Positions 17,166 to 25,891 of a stretch of DNA of 64,000 nucleotides are shown one piece after another. Every line of letters starts with the position of its first letter. Positions within the stretch are counted from its first letter, which is position 1. The translations under genes and the position numbers were made by a program. Location: assembly GCA_035546615.1 (NCBI GenBank), contig DASZWM010000006.1, positions 128,001-192,000 on the forward strand, given 5' to 3'. The notes beneath the pieces were generated by a model. The model made no database searches, had not been told where the DNA came from, and saw only the letters and a list, made by a program, of their open reading frames with translations. Source of the DNA: Minisyncoccota bacterium (lineage in GTDB: Bacteria > Patescibacteriota > Minisyncoccia > Phycocordibacterales > SBAW01).

Positions 17166-18578
17166 CTAAAAGTCGTGTTTGGCTTCCTCGAAAACGCCGA
17201 AGTCGGTCTTTGAAAGCGATTCGAAGTTGGCGTGCTTGTCGTTGAACATGAGCTCCACCTTGCCCACGGGGCCGTTGCGGTGTTTTTCTATCAGAATCTC
17301 AGCGATGCCGGTCGGCTCGGCGCCGTCCCCGCGCTGCTGCTTGTCTTCGCGGTGGATGAACATCACCACGTCGGCATCCTGCTCGATGGAGCCGGAGTCG
17401 CGCAGGTCCGAGAGTCTGGGCTTGCCGCCGCGCTGCTCCACCGCGCGGGAAAGCTGCGAGAGCGCAAGCACCGGCACGTCGAGCTCGCGGGCGAGTATTT
17501 TGAGCGAGCGGGAAATTTCCGTTATCTGCTGGACCATTGAGTCCGACGCGCGCGTAGTGGTGGGCATCATGAGCTGGAGATAGTCCACGACCAGGAGCCC
17601 GAGGCCGTTTTCGCGCTTGAGGCGCCGCGCCACCGCGCGCATCTTGAGGATATTGTTGCCCGCCTGGTCGTCTATGAAAATCGGGGCGGAGGAGAGGCGG
17701 TCGTACGCGTCACGGATGCGCTCAAAATCCTCGCTGTTCTCCTTTATGCGGCCGACGCGCCAGTCCCACGCGCTTACGCGCGCCTCCGAGGCTATCATGC
17801 GGTCCACGAGCTGCTGGGCGGACATCTCAAGCGAGAAGATGCCCACGGTCGTGCCGTGCTTTACCGCGGCCTGGCGGGCGATATCGAGCGCCAGCGCGGT
17901 CTTTCCGACTGACGGCCGGGCGGCGAGGATGATGAGGTCGCTTTTCTGAAGGCCGGCGAGCATGTTGTCGAGGTCAGGGAAGCCGGTGCGCACGCCCCTG
18001 ATCTCGCCCTGGTGCTCCTGCAGGTGCGCGTAGTGCTCCCATGCCTTGCCGAGGCTCTCGCGCAGTGACGTGAACTTGGTGAGGCTCGGCATATCGGTCA
18101 CCTCGTAGATGCGCTTCTCGGCCTTGTCGAGCGTCTCCTCAAGCTCGCCGCTTTCGTCGAAGCCAAGCTCCGCCACGAACTCGCCGGCGTCTATCAGGTT
18201 GCGCAGCATGTACTTCTTCTGCACCTGGTTGGCGTAGTGGCGGGCGTTGGATGCCGCGGGCACTTCGCTCACGAGCTCCGCGAGGTACGCGACGCCGCCG
18301 ACGCCTTCAAGCTGCTTGCTGTCGGCCAGGCACGCGCGCACGCTCTCGATGTCGATGGGCTCGTTCTTGCCCCAGAGCCCGACCATCGCGCGAAAGATGA
18401 TGCGGTGCTTTTCGCTGTAAAACGCGTCCGCCGAAATGATGTCCACCGACTCGGCCATGCCTTCCGGCCGCACCATAACGGCGCCCAGGAACGCGCGCTC
18501 GGTCTCTATCGTCTGCGGCGGCATGCGCAGCGGGTCTATCTTTTTCGGTTTCGGCGCCTGGGGAGGAAACTTTGCCAT
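17166..18578 (-). CDS. dnaB: Replicative DNA helicase DnaB (start at MAKFPPQAPKPKK; the track's 73-codon extension to 18797 is probably non-coding)
   Basis: GFPDLDNMLAGLQKSDLIILAARPSVGKTALALDIA (Walker A), DnaB N-domain ERAFLGAVMVRPE; RecA-like C-terminus. Confidence 0.9.
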   Translation of the reverse strand: MAKFPPQAPKPKKIDPLRMPPQTIETERAFLGAVMVRPEGMAESVDIISADAFYSEKHRIIFRAMVGLWGKNEPIDIESVRACLADSKQLEGVGGVAYLAELVSEVPAASNARHYANQVQKKYMLRNLIDAGEFVAELGFDESGELEETLDKAEKRIYEVTDMPSLTKFTSLRESLGKAWEHYAHLQEHQGEIRGVRTGFPDLDNMLAGLQKSDLIILAARPSVGKTALALDIARQAAVKHGTTVGIFSLEMSAQQLVDRMIASEARVSAWDWRVGRIKENSEDFERIRDAYDRLSSAPIFIDDQAGNNILKMRAVARRLKRENGLGLLVVDYLQLMMPTTTRASDSMVQQITEISRSLKILARELDVPVLALSQLSRAVEQRGGKPRLSDLRDSGSIEQDADVVMFIHREDKQQRGDGAEPTGIAEILIEKHRNGPVGKVELMFNDKHANFESLSKTDFGVFEEAKHDF

Positions 18579-18742
18579 GCCCTTATGGTACCCCCTTTGC
18601 CCCCGCGCAAAAAGCCGCCCGCAAGAGGCCTCACCTGTGGGTATGTGTATAGAAGGGGGATAGCCGAAAGGCCCTACCAAAACCCTGATTCGTGTGGTAT
18701 ATCTTCGGACAGAGGTGGGAGTGCTACCCGCGTGAGGAGCGC

Positions 18743-19243
18743 ATGATAATGAAAGCAGGACACGAGGAATCGGGAAAGCCGGAACGGATTCTGTCACCCG
18801 AACAGCTGTATCAGACGCTATGCCGAGAGTTCGGAGCGCAAGCGCCGGTAGGCGACATGCCCGCGTTCCAGCAGGATGGGGTCTGGTTTTCGATCAATTT
18901 CCTGGATGCCGGCAGCCGGGACGTCGCAATCAAAATCCACGACTATCGTACGCGTGAATCGGTCACGCCGGAATCTGTGGCGGAGCAGGAGCACATCGAC
19001 GCAATAGTCGCTGCATTGAAGGCTGACAAGAAGGAGGCGGGGATGATATGGTTCTTCCCCGCAAACCCGGGTTCGGAGAAGCTGAAGCCTGTTCTGATGG
19101 TTGTCATGGGCCGCAGCGGCGACACCATCCGCTATGATCCGACTGCCGACGTCGCGGCGCTTCGTGACCGGGTACTCGGCCTGCTTTTGAAGAGGCGGCC
19201 GAAATGCTTTTCACACATGGCTGCGTTCTCGGACCTAGTCTGA
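18743..19243 (+). CDS. Hypothetical protein (~166 aa), divergent from dnaB
   Basis: GAGGAG SD before ATGATAATG. Upstream TGTGGTATATC extended -10-like element at ~18693-18703. No family recognised. Confidence 0.5.
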   Translation: MIMKAGHEESGKPERILSPEQLYQTLCREFGAQAPVGDMPAFQQDGVWFSINFLDAGSRDVAIKIHDYRTRESVTPESVAEQEHIDAIVAALKADKKEAGMIWFFPANPGSEKLKPVLMVVMGRSGDTIRYDPTADVAALRDRVLGLLLKRRPKCFSHMAAFSDLV

Positions 19244-19267
19244 TCCAGTCGTCTATAAAGGCAAACT

Positions 19268-19306
19268 CCAAGCTCCGCACGTCCCTTGGCTGCGGAGCTT
19301 GTTTTT
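19268..19306. terminator. Bidirectional terminator between the 18743 gene and cysS (AAGCTCCGCA...TGCGGAGCTT plus GTTTTT)
   Basis: 10-bp stem with T-tracts in both orientations. Confidence 0.7.
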
Positions 19307-20777
19307 ATCTTTTCATCAGCTGAGCGCCGCCAGCCGTGTCTTTTATATCGTAGCCGGCTTCTTCTATTTTTTTGCGCAGGTCGTCCGCTTTTGTAAAATC
19401 CTTCTCTTTCCGCGCCTCCTCGCGCTGGCGCATCAGGCTTTGCACGTCCTGCGGCAGGTCAGATTCTTCGACCACGGTCAGGCTTGCGGAGGGCCGCGTG
19501 TCGGATAGGCCGAGCCCTAATACCTTGTCGGCAAATAAGAGAGCGCTGCGCTTTGCCGCGGGGGAGACGGCCGTATCCTTCACTAGCTCCCACATTCGCG
19601 CTATAACGCGCGGCGTGTCGAGGTCGTTTGAAAGCGCTCCGTGGATGTCACGCTTGAACAGTACCACGGCCGCATCATCCGGCGCCGTCGCGGTTCCCGC
19701 TTCCAAAAACGCGCGGGTGAGCCGGTTGAGCGCCTGGTTAGCGCCTTCTATTGCTTCCCATGTGAAGTTCATCTGCGTGCGGTAATGGCCGGTCAGATAC
19801 CAGTAGCGGAACGCCCGGGCGGAGAAACCGCGGTCGGTAATATTGTGGAGGTATACCGTATTGCCGAGCGACTTTGATATCTTCTTGTTCTCGATCGTGA
19901 TGTGCGCGTTGTGGAGCCAGTACTGCACGTACTGCTTTCCGGTTATCGCCTCCGCCTGCGCTATCTCGTTGTTGTGGTGTATCGGAATGTGCTCGATGCC
20001 GCCGGTGTGGATGTCTATCTGTTTGCCCAACAGCTTGAATATCATCGCCGTGCACTCGATATGCCATCCAGGGAACCCTTTGCCCCAGGGCGACGGCCAC
20101 CCAAAGGTCGTACTCAGCTTCCAGAGCACGAAATCCTGAGAATTCTTCTTCTCCGCCTTTTCCTCTACCCGCGCGCCTTCCTTTTGGCCCGCAAGATTGA
20201 TATGCCCCAGCTTGCCGTAGCCTGCGAACTTCGCCGTGTCGTAGTAGATGCCGTCGCTTATCTTGTACGCGTAGCCTTTCTGCTCCAGCGATTTTATAAG
20301 AGCGACCTGCTCGGGGATATAGTCGCTCGCGCGCGGGTAGGTAACCAGGCTCGTGTTCACGCCGAGCTTGGAGATATCGTCAAAGAAAATAGCGGCGTAC
20401 TTCTCGGCAAGCGCGCGCATGCCCTTCATCGTAAAGGGGAGCCCGTCGCGCTTGAGGCCGCGCACCATCTTGTCGTCGCCGTTGTTCGGGTCGTCCTCGT
20501 TGTCGCCGGTCAGGTGCCCGAAGTCGGTGATGTTCATTACCTGCTTCACCTTGTATCCCCAGAGGTTGAGCGTCCGGCGGATTGTGTCGGCCAAAATGGC
20601 GGGGACCAGGTTGCCGATATGCATCTGGTCGTACGGCGTCGGCCCGCAGTTGTACATTTTTACCTCCCGCGGCGACAGCGGCGAGAATTCCTCAAGCGCG
20701 TTTGAAAGCGTGTTGTGGAAGCGAAGCGGCGGCAGGTCGACCGCCGGTTTTTTGCTGAAGAAGGAAAAGATGCTCAT
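19305..20777 (-). CDS. cysS: Cysteinyl-tRNA synthetase
   Basis: HIGH (CGPTPYDQMHIGN) and KMSKS (KISKSLGN) motifs; zinc-binding Cys. The minus-strand extended -10 TGGTAGGTT lies 6 nt upstream of the ATG (20784-20792). Confidence 0.93.
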   Translation of the reverse strand: MSIFSFFSKKPAVDLPPLRFHNTLSNALEEFSPLSPREVKMYNCGPTPYDQMHIGNLVPAILADTIRRTLNLWGYKVKQVMNITDFGHLTGDNEDDPNNGDDKMVRGLKRDGLPFTMKGMRALAEKYAAIFFDDISKLGVNTSLVTYPRASDYIPEQVALIKSLEQKGYAYKISDGIYYDTAKFAGYGKLGHINLAGQKEGARVEEKAEKKNSQDFVLWKLSTTFGWPSPWGKGFPGWHIECTAMIFKLLGKQIDIHTGGIEHIPIHHNNEIAQAEAITGKQYVQYWLHNAHITIENKKISKSLGNTVYLHNITDRGFSARAFRYWYLTGHYRTQMNFTWEAIEGANQALNRLTRAFLEAGTATAPDDAAVVLFKRDIHGALSNDLDTPRVIARMWELVKDTAVSPAAKRSALLFADKVLGLGLSDTRPSASLTVVEESDLPQDVQSLMRQREEARKEKDFTKADDLRKKIEEAGYDIKDTAGGAQLMKR

Positions 20778-20806
20778 GGCTGAAACCTACCAACTGCGCG
20801 GCCCTT

Positions 20807-21718
20807 TTACAACCATCCGCGGTGGCGGAAGTACATGAATATGCTGATAGCCATAAGCCCCATGACGCCCACCACCATCCAGAAGCCGTAGGGGTTGTGC
20901 ATAAGCGGCAGGTACTGAAAGCTCATGCCGAACAACTGCCCGACGAACGTCAGCGGCAGGAAGACGAACGCGGTCACGGTGAGCGTCTTCATTATCTCGT
21001 TCTGCTTGGTCGAGAGCAGGGAGTTGTTCGTTTCGCGCAGTTCCAGCAGGGAAGTGTGCAGGTTCTCAATGGTTCGCTCGACGCGCTCCTCGGTGCCGAT
21101 GAGGTCGCGCAGGTAGTAGGCGAACTCCGGGCCGAACAGGCGCGTGGCGACCGGCTCAAGCGAGGTAAGCATTTCCTTATGCGGGGCGAGCGCCTCGCGG
21201 AAGTCGTGCAATACGCGGCCCATCTGGGATATCTCGATGACCATCTGGCGCTCGCGGCCGCTGAAGACGCGCTCCTCAATGTCCTGAAGCCGCTGAGACA
21301 CGGTGTGCGACTCGCTTATAAGCGCCTCATACAAGGAGCGCGCCATGGAAGTAAAGAGATGCCCGCCGTGCTGGTGGGTAATGGGGCGGCCGAGCACGGT
21401 CGTTACCTCGAACGCCTGCGCGAAGGCGTGGAGCGGGTCTACGGTGCCGTAGCGCGTGGTAATAAGGAAGTTCTTCCCGATGACGAAGTCTATTTCCTGC
21501 TCCTGCCGCTGGTTCATGCCCCGCAAGATAGGGAAGTGGAGGATAACGTAAATGATGTCGCCGCGCCGCTCCACCTTCGGCTTGAAGGAGGGCACCAGAA
21601 GCTCCTCGGCAATAAGCGGGTCGATGCCGAATTCCTGCATGAGCGCGCGCACTTCCGCCGGCGTAGGCGCGACTAAGTCTATCCAAGCAGCATGCTTCTG
21701 CCCGTAGCGGGTTAACAT
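20807..21718 (-). CDS. corA: Magnesium/cobalt transporter CorA (start at MLTRYG; the track ORF extends to 21937)
   Basis: C-terminal two TM helices with a GMNF-variant GMSF and YGFWMVVGVMGLMAI...FRHRGWL; ~300 aa fits CorA. TGGTATAAT sits 6 nt upstream of this ATG. Confidence 0.85.
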   Translation of the reverse strand: MLTRYGQKHAAWIDLVAPTPAEVRALMQEFGIDPLIAEELLVPSFKPKVERRGDIIYVILHFPILRGMNQRQEQEIDFVIGKNFLITTRYGTVDPLHAFAQAFEVTTVLGRPITHQHGGHLFTSMARSLYEALISESHTVSQRLQDIEERVFSGRERQMVIEISQMGRVLHDFREALAPHKEMLTSLEPVATRLFGPEFAYYLRDLIGTEERVERTIENLHTSLLELRETNNSLLSTKQNEIMKTLTVTAFVFLPLTFVGQLFGMSFQYLPLMHNPYGFWMVVGVMGLMAISIFMYFRHRGWL

Positions 21719-21724
21719 GTGCAA

Positions 21725-21770
21725 ATTATACCAGGGAATTTTCTTGGGCCATGACGCGCTGTGATATACT
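21725..21770. promoter_or_regulatory. Back-to-back divergent extended -10 promoters: TGGTATAAT (minus strand, 21725-21733) for corA and TGATATACT (plus strand, 21762-21770) for ctpA, each 6 nt from its ATG
   Basis: Both genes lack an SD; the hexamer-to-ATG distance equals the typical -10-to-TSS distance, so leaderless mRNAs are predicted. Confidence 0.5.
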
Positions 21771-21776
21771 ATGTGC

Positions 21777-23006
21777 ATGTCAAAGCAGAAGTTGTGGGCG
21801 CTTGGAGGCTCGGCAGTTGTTGCGCTCGCCTTTGTGGCGGGCGTATACACCGGCCTGGGCGAGCGCGTTGCCAATACCGTTTCCGCCCAGTCGGTCAATT
21901 TCCTCGAGCCGACAAATGCGCCGGCCGATGTCGACATGCAGAAGCTCTGGAAGGCGTGGTCTCTTTTGCGCGACGATTACGTCCCGACGCACGCCTCGAC
22001 CACGTACCCGACCGCCGAAGAACAGCTCTGGGGCGCCATCGGCGGCCTTACCGACAGCTTCGGCGACCCGTACACGGTTTTCCTGCCGCCGGCGGAAGCC
22101 AAGACCTTTCAGGAGGACATCAGCGGCGCGTTCGAGGGCGTGGGCATGGAGATGGGAACTAAAGACGGCCAGCTGGTGGTCGTGGCGCCGCTTAAGGACT
22201 CTCCCGCGGAGAAGGCCGGCATTCACAGCGGCGACGCGATACTTTCAATAGACGGCAAAGACACGGGCGGCATGTCTGTGGACGACGCAATCAAGCTCAT
22301 CCGCGGCAAAAAGGGCACGGTCGTGACACTCAGCATTGGCCGCGAAGGCAGCGCGACCCCGTTTGAGGTCAAGATAACGCGCGACACCATCAGCATCCCG
22401 GTGCTCAAGAGCTACATGCGCGAGGACGGCATCTACGAAATCGACCTGTACAGCTTCTCCGCCAACTCGGCCGACCTGTTCCGCGGCGCCCTGCGCGAGT
22501 TCATCAAGAGCGGCTCGAACAAGCTCATGTTCGACCTGCGCGGCAATCCGGGCGGCTACTTGGAAGCGGCCGTTGATATGGCGAGCTACTTCCTTCCGGT
22601 AGGCGACACGGTCGTAAGCGAGGATTTCAAGGGCAAGCGGCCGGCCAACGTGCACCGCAGCGCGGGCTACAACGTGTTCGCGGGCAAGAACCTCCATATG
22701 GCAATCCTGGTGGACCAGGGCTCCGCCTCGGCTTCGGAGATTCTTTCAGGCGCGCTCCAGCAGCACAATGTCGCCAAGCTCGTCGGCACCCGCACGTTCG
22801 GCAAGGGCTCCGTCCAGCAGCTCATGGAGCTCGGCGGCGGGGCGGAGCTCAAGATAACTATCGCTCGCTGGCTTACCCCGAATGGCTCGTCCATCTCCGA
22901 CGGCGGCCTCACGCCCGACATTCTGGCGACAACCACCCCCGAGCTCATCAAGGCCGGCAAAGACGTGCAAAAGGATGCGGCAGTGAAGTGGCTTCTCTCG
23001 CAGTAA
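21777..23006 (+). CDS. ctpA: Carboxyl-terminal processing protease (S41 family, PDZ domain)
   Basis: N-terminal anchor, PDZ region, catalytic region GSASASEILSGAL...GTRTFGKGSVQ; the start may be 21771 or 21777. Confidence 0.9.
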   Translation: MSKQKLWALGGSAVVALAFVAGVYTGLGERVANTVSAQSVNFLEPTNAPADVDMQKLWKAWSLLRDDYVPTHASTTYPTAEEQLWGAIGGLTDSFGDPYTVFLPPAEAKTFQEDISGAFEGVGMEMGTKDGQLVVVAPLKDSPAEKAGIHSGDAILSIDGKDTGGMSVDDAIKLIRGKKGTVVTLSIGREGSATPFEVKITRDTISIPVLKSYMREDGIYEIDLYSFSANSADLFRGALREFIKSGSNKLMFDLRGNPGGYLEAAVDMASYFLPVGDTVVSEDFKGKRPANVHRSAGYNVFAGKNLHMAILVDQGSASASEILSGALQQHNVAKLVGTRTFGKGSVQQLMELGGGAELKITIARWLTPNGSSISDGGLTPDILATTTPELIKAGKDVQKDAAVKWLLSQ

Positions 23007-23088
23007 CTCAGCAATTGTGTACTTCTCCCTAAGGTGATAGTGTCTTACCGGTGTTCTTAAGGCAGGACCTGACACAGGAGGAGACGCA

Positions 23089-23328
23089 ATGCCGCTTTGG
23101 ATAATTATCTTGGCCGCCCTACTCGTCGTGGCGCTCATCTACCTACTGCTTGGCTACTTTACCCTTCGCATGAGGGTTGGTCTGCAGGGACAGGGACTTC
23201 CTGTGCAGGTCGGAACCACGGTCTGGCACTTCTGGTTTTGGTGGGTAACGATCTTCTGGGTTTTACCGGCCTTCCTCGCGTACAAGCAAGGTGCTGAAGT
23301 GGTTCAAACCCAATACAGCGTTTTTTGA
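23089..23328 (+). CDS. Hypothetical small membrane protein (79 aa, 2 TM, Trp-rich)
   Basis: AGGAGGAG SD 7 nt before the ATG; two hydrophobic helices. Confidence 0.55.
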   Translation: MPLWIIILAALLVVALIYLLLGYFTLRMRVGLQGQGLPVQVGTTVWHFWFWWVTIFWVLPAFLAYKQGAEVVQTQYSVF

Positions 23329-23390
23329 AGCCCGATGCTGCGCGCCCGACCAGGATTGTCGGGCGCGCATTAATTTTGTATAGTCATCGC

Positions 23391-23837
23391 ATGAAAGTAA
23401 TACTGCTTAAGGACGTGCGCGGGGTGGGTGCGCACGGCGACGTAAAGCACGTAGCCGACGGCTACGCGCTTAACTTCCTCTTTCCGCACCGGATGGCGGA
23501 GGCCGCGACGGAAGACAAGATACAGAAAATAGCCGCGCAGAAGGCGGCGCACGAGGCCGAGGCTCAGAAGGCCGAAGCCGAGCTGACGGACAAGATAATG
23601 GGCCTGCGCGGCAAGCGCGTCGCTCTTTCCGCCCGCGCCACCGAAAAGGGAGGGCTTTTCAAGGCGCTCGCGGCCAAGGACATTGCCCGCGCCATCAAGG
23701 CCGAGCACGATATCGATATTCCCGAGGATTCCGTCTACCTTCCGGACCCCATAAAGACAGTAGGGGAGCACCAGGCGCTCCTTAAGAGCAAGACCCAGAA
23801 GGTCGAGCTCGCCGTCTCTGTAGTCGCTGCTGCCTAA
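23391..23837 (+). CDS. rplI: 50S ribosomal protein L9 (start at MKVILLKDV)
   Basis: [38 protein letters not shown] hexamer 6 nt upstream of the ATG; upstream hairpin GCGCGCCCGAC...GTCGGGCGCGC (23345-23368). Confidence 0.92.
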   Translation: MKVILLKDVRGVGAHGDVKHVADGYALNFLFPHRMAEAATEDKIQKIAAQKAAHEAEAQKAEAELTDKIMGLRGKRVALSARATEKGGLFKALAAKDIARAIKAEHDIDIPEDSVYLPDPIKTVGEHQALLKSKTQKVELAVSVVAAA

Positions 23838-23856
23838 TCGAACAGAGGTTCAAAAT

Positions 23857-23888
23857 CAAAAGGCCCGCCTTACCGGCGGGCCTTTTGC
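23857..23888. terminator. Bidirectional terminator between the convergent rplI and rpmA (AAAAGGCCCGCC-TTAC-CGGCGGGCCTTTT)
   Basis: Symmetric hairpin with A/T tracts on both sides. Confidence 0.8.
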
Positions 23889-23901
23889 GTATGTATTTAA
23901 A

Positions 23902-24180
23902 TTACTTGGCGATAACGTCAACGACCGGGCGGGTGGAAGTGGTGCCGTTGAAATTCTGCTTGCGGGCGGTGCGGAAGGAGACAATGCCGCTGATCAGCGA
24001 GAAGATGGTATGGTCGCGGCCCAAGCCGACATTCTTGCCTACCATGTAGCGGGTGCCGCGCTGGCGGACGATAATGGCGCCGGGCTGGGCTGCTTCGCCG
24101 GCATAGAGCTTAACTCCCAGGAATTTTGCCTGTGAGTCGGTAAGGTTTTTCGCTGATCCGCCTGCTTTCTTATGTGCCAT
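23902..24180 (-). CDS. rpmA: 50S ribosomal protein L27 (with a ~10-aa C-terminal extension)
   Basis: [12 protein letters not shown]...LGVKLYAGE...IIVRQRGT...[13 protein letters not shown]. Confidence 0.93.
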   Translation of the reverse strand: MAHKKAGGSAKNLTDSQAKFLGVKLYAGEAAQPGAIIVRQRGTRYMVGKNVGLGRDHTIFSLISGIVSFRTARKQNFNGTTSTRPVVDVIAK

Positions 24181-24204
24181 GGTATGGTATGTTTAAGCCC
24201 CAAC

Positions 24205-24384
24205 ATGATAGCAGATTTAGGGAAACAAGGCAAGCGATGGCTCGACTTCCTCCTTATACCGGCTATAGTTATCCTAGTCGGGGCAGCCTGCTTCGGCTTG
24301 GGGCGCCTTTCGGCCCTGAGCGAGCAGAAGCCCGGCCTCGTCATACACCCCGCCACGGGCCAAACCAATGATGAAAACCACTAA
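24205..24384 (+). CDS. Hypothetical small membrane protein (~59 aa from MIADLGKQGKRW...). Start uncertain (the track uses 24172)
   Basis: Single TM helix LLIPAIVILVGAACFGL; upstream TGGTATGGTAT extended -10-like element at 24181-24191. Overlaps DUF454 by 17 nt. Confidence 0.35.
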   Translation: MIADLGKQGKRWLDFLLIPAIVILVGAACFGLGRLSALSEQKPGLVIHPATGQTNDENH

Positions 24385-24616
24385 ACGCGCCGTCGTCCTC
24401 ATAATCGCCATCCTCTTCCTCATACTGGGGGTAGTGGGGCTTGTCCTTCCGTTCCTGCAGGGCCTTCTATTCCTCGCGGTCGGGTTCATCCTCCTGTTCT
24501 TCCTCTTTCCGTCTCTGCGCGAGAAGACCCAGAAGCACACGGTAAAGTACCCGAAGTTCCACGCGATGATGCTCAAGGTAGAGGACTTTATCGGCCGCAT
24601 CTTGGGAGACATCTAG
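24368..24616 (+). CDS. DUF454 / YbaN-family small inner-membrane protein
   Basis: GVVGLVLPFLQGLLFLAVGFILLFFLFPSLREK matches the YbaN-like G..G..LP.LP pattern. Confidence 0.65.
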   Translation: MMKTTKRAVVLIIAILFLILGVVGLVLPFLQGLLFLAVGFILLFFLFPSLREKTQKHTVKYPKFHAMMLKVEDFIGRILGDI

Positions 24617-24617
24617 T

Positions 24618-25220
24618 ATGCTTGCCGTTGACGTAGAATCCTCCGGCACGGAGGCCCACAAGCACTCCATTTTGAGCCTCGGCGCCGTCGACCTCGGCAA
24701 TCCGTCCAGGCCCTTTTTCTACGAAGAGTGCCGCGCCTGGGACGGCGCCAAGCTCGAGCCCGAGGCATTTGCGGTGAACGGCTACACCGAAGCGACCGCG
24801 ACCGACCCGACCAAACAGTCCGAAGCCGACCTGGTGCATAAGTTCAAGGAATGGGCTATGCAGTCCGACGACCGCACCTTTGCGGGGCAAAACGTTTCCT
24901 TCGACCGCGATTTCCTTAAGTACGCCGCCGAGCGCGCGGGGCATACCGACTGGCCGTTCGCACACCGCACCATCGACACGCATACCCTGTGCTGGATGCA
25001 CATGGTAAAGCGTGGCCTTACGCCGCCTCTGGACCCGGTAAAGAAGCGCTCCGCGCTCGATTTGGACGCCATTCTGGTCTACTGCGGCATTCCGGACGAG
25101 CCGACGCCGCACAATGCTCTCACGGGCGCCAAGTCCCATGCCGAAGTCATCTCGCGCCTGTTGTACGATAAGAAGCTCCTGCCCGATTTCGAGCAGTTCG
25201 ACATACCCTGGCTCTCATAG
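24618..25220 (+). CDS. 3'-5' exonuclease, DEDDh (DnaQ-like) family
   Basis: Exo I AVDVESSGT, Exo II FAGQNVSFDRDFL, Exo III HNALTGAKSHAEV. Confidence 0.8.
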   Translation: MLAVDVESSGTEAHKHSILSLGAVDLGNPSRPFFYEECRAWDGAKLEPEAFAVNGYTEATATDPTKQSEADLVHKFKEWAMQSDDRTFAGQNVSFDRDFLKYAAERAGHTDWPFAHRTIDTHTLCWMHMVKRGLTPPLDPVKKRSALDLDAILVYCGIPDEPTPHNALTGAKSHAEVISRLLYDKKLLPDFEQFDIPWLS

Positions 25221-25239
25221 CCGTTCTTTGGTAGGGTCA

Positions 25240-25741
25240 AAATAGAGCAACCGCTCTGTCAAAAAGAAGGAATATCCGATGACAGGAATAGTCGATACAC
25301 GCCGCGCATGTCTAAGATGCGGTAGCCCCATCTCATCCGCAAGCAGCCCGCTTGTTGTGCAAGAGCGAGGCTTCAGCGCAGAAGCGTGCGTGCCCGCTGC
25401 GATATGTCGCAATTCGGCCTGTGGCCAGGTCACTGCGGATCGCGCAAGTGTGGCGAACTCATCGTTGCGGTGGATGTACGGGCGCACCCCGGTCACTTTC
25501 GTTCCGGGCCCGATTTCCCGGTCTAATGAGTTTTTGCTTACTCCTACGGCCGCGCAGCTCCATCGGGCGTAAGGCTCAACGGAAACGTCACCTCCCCGTC
25601 GCGTCCAGTACAGGATGCGACGGTTTTGCTTCGCAAACCCGCGACCCCGCCTCACAATCGCTTTAGCGATATGTTCCGGCCTTCAATTCCGGGCGCAGGC
25701 AAAGCAGTTTACCTGCTCGGCCCTCCTTCGTTAACACTCAG
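25240..25741 (-). other. ~500-nt region with low coding potential between the exonuclease and tRNA-Pro; candidate structured non-coding RNA (or pseudogene). Strand is guessed from a minus-orientation terminator-like hairpin at 25244-25258
   Basis: The only ORFs here are a Cys/Ser/Arg-rich 97-aa frame and a 146-aa GTG frame whose GC3 (~60%) equals bulk GC, versus ~75-80% in neighbouring real genes. Many local hairpins; no RNase P, tmRNA or SRP consensus found by eye. Confidence 0.25.
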
Positions 25742-25812
25742 TCGGGCCGCCGGGAATTGAACCCGGTCTACATGCACCCCATGCATGTGTACTGCCGGTA
25801 TACTACGGCCCG
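25742..25812 (-). tRNA. tRNA-Pro (anticodon GGG)
   Basis: Folded by hand on the minus strand: acceptor CGGGCCG/CGGCCCG, D-arm GTAT/GTAC, anticodon stem CATGC/GCATG with loop ATGGGGT, variable loop TAGA, T-arm CCGGG-TTCAATT-CCCGG, discriminator A. Confidence 0.8.
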
Positions 25813-25891
25813 TTTCTTCCAGTATTTACTACCATACCTCACTCTGTTAGTGTTGCGCTAGTAACGTACCTCAATAACCGGAGACTGCGCC

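Noticed and set aside
17166-18797. Full 543-aa DnaB ORF including the 73-aa N-terminal extension
   Set aside because: The extension (MTESVPAFPIPRV...) is not DnaB-like and overlaps the divergent promoter/leader of the 18743 gene. The conserved DnaB N-terminus begins at MAKFPP with a TACCAT hexamer 6 nt upstream.
19902-21676. Plus-strand ORFs 19902-20705, 20822-21676 and minus-strand 21327-21686
   Set aside because: Shadows of cysS and corA; Arg/His-rich.
25215-25655. 146-aa minus-strand ORF (GTG start) and plus-strand ORFs 25279-25572 / 25352-25666
   Set aside because: GC3 is about equal to bulk GC (~60% versus ~77% in real genes), composition is Cys/Ser/Arg-rich, and the minus-strand ORF runs through a terminator-like hairpin. 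The region is treated as non-coding (candidate ncRNA) rather than CDS.
25677-25700. T-arm-like CCGGCCTTCAATTCCGGG on the plus strand (possible tmRNA 3' end or second tRNA)
   Set aside because: No complementary acceptor strand, no tag-peptide reading frame (…ALAA*) and no 5' tmRNA consensus found; it may be a degenerate copy of the neighbouring tRNA-Pro T-arm.
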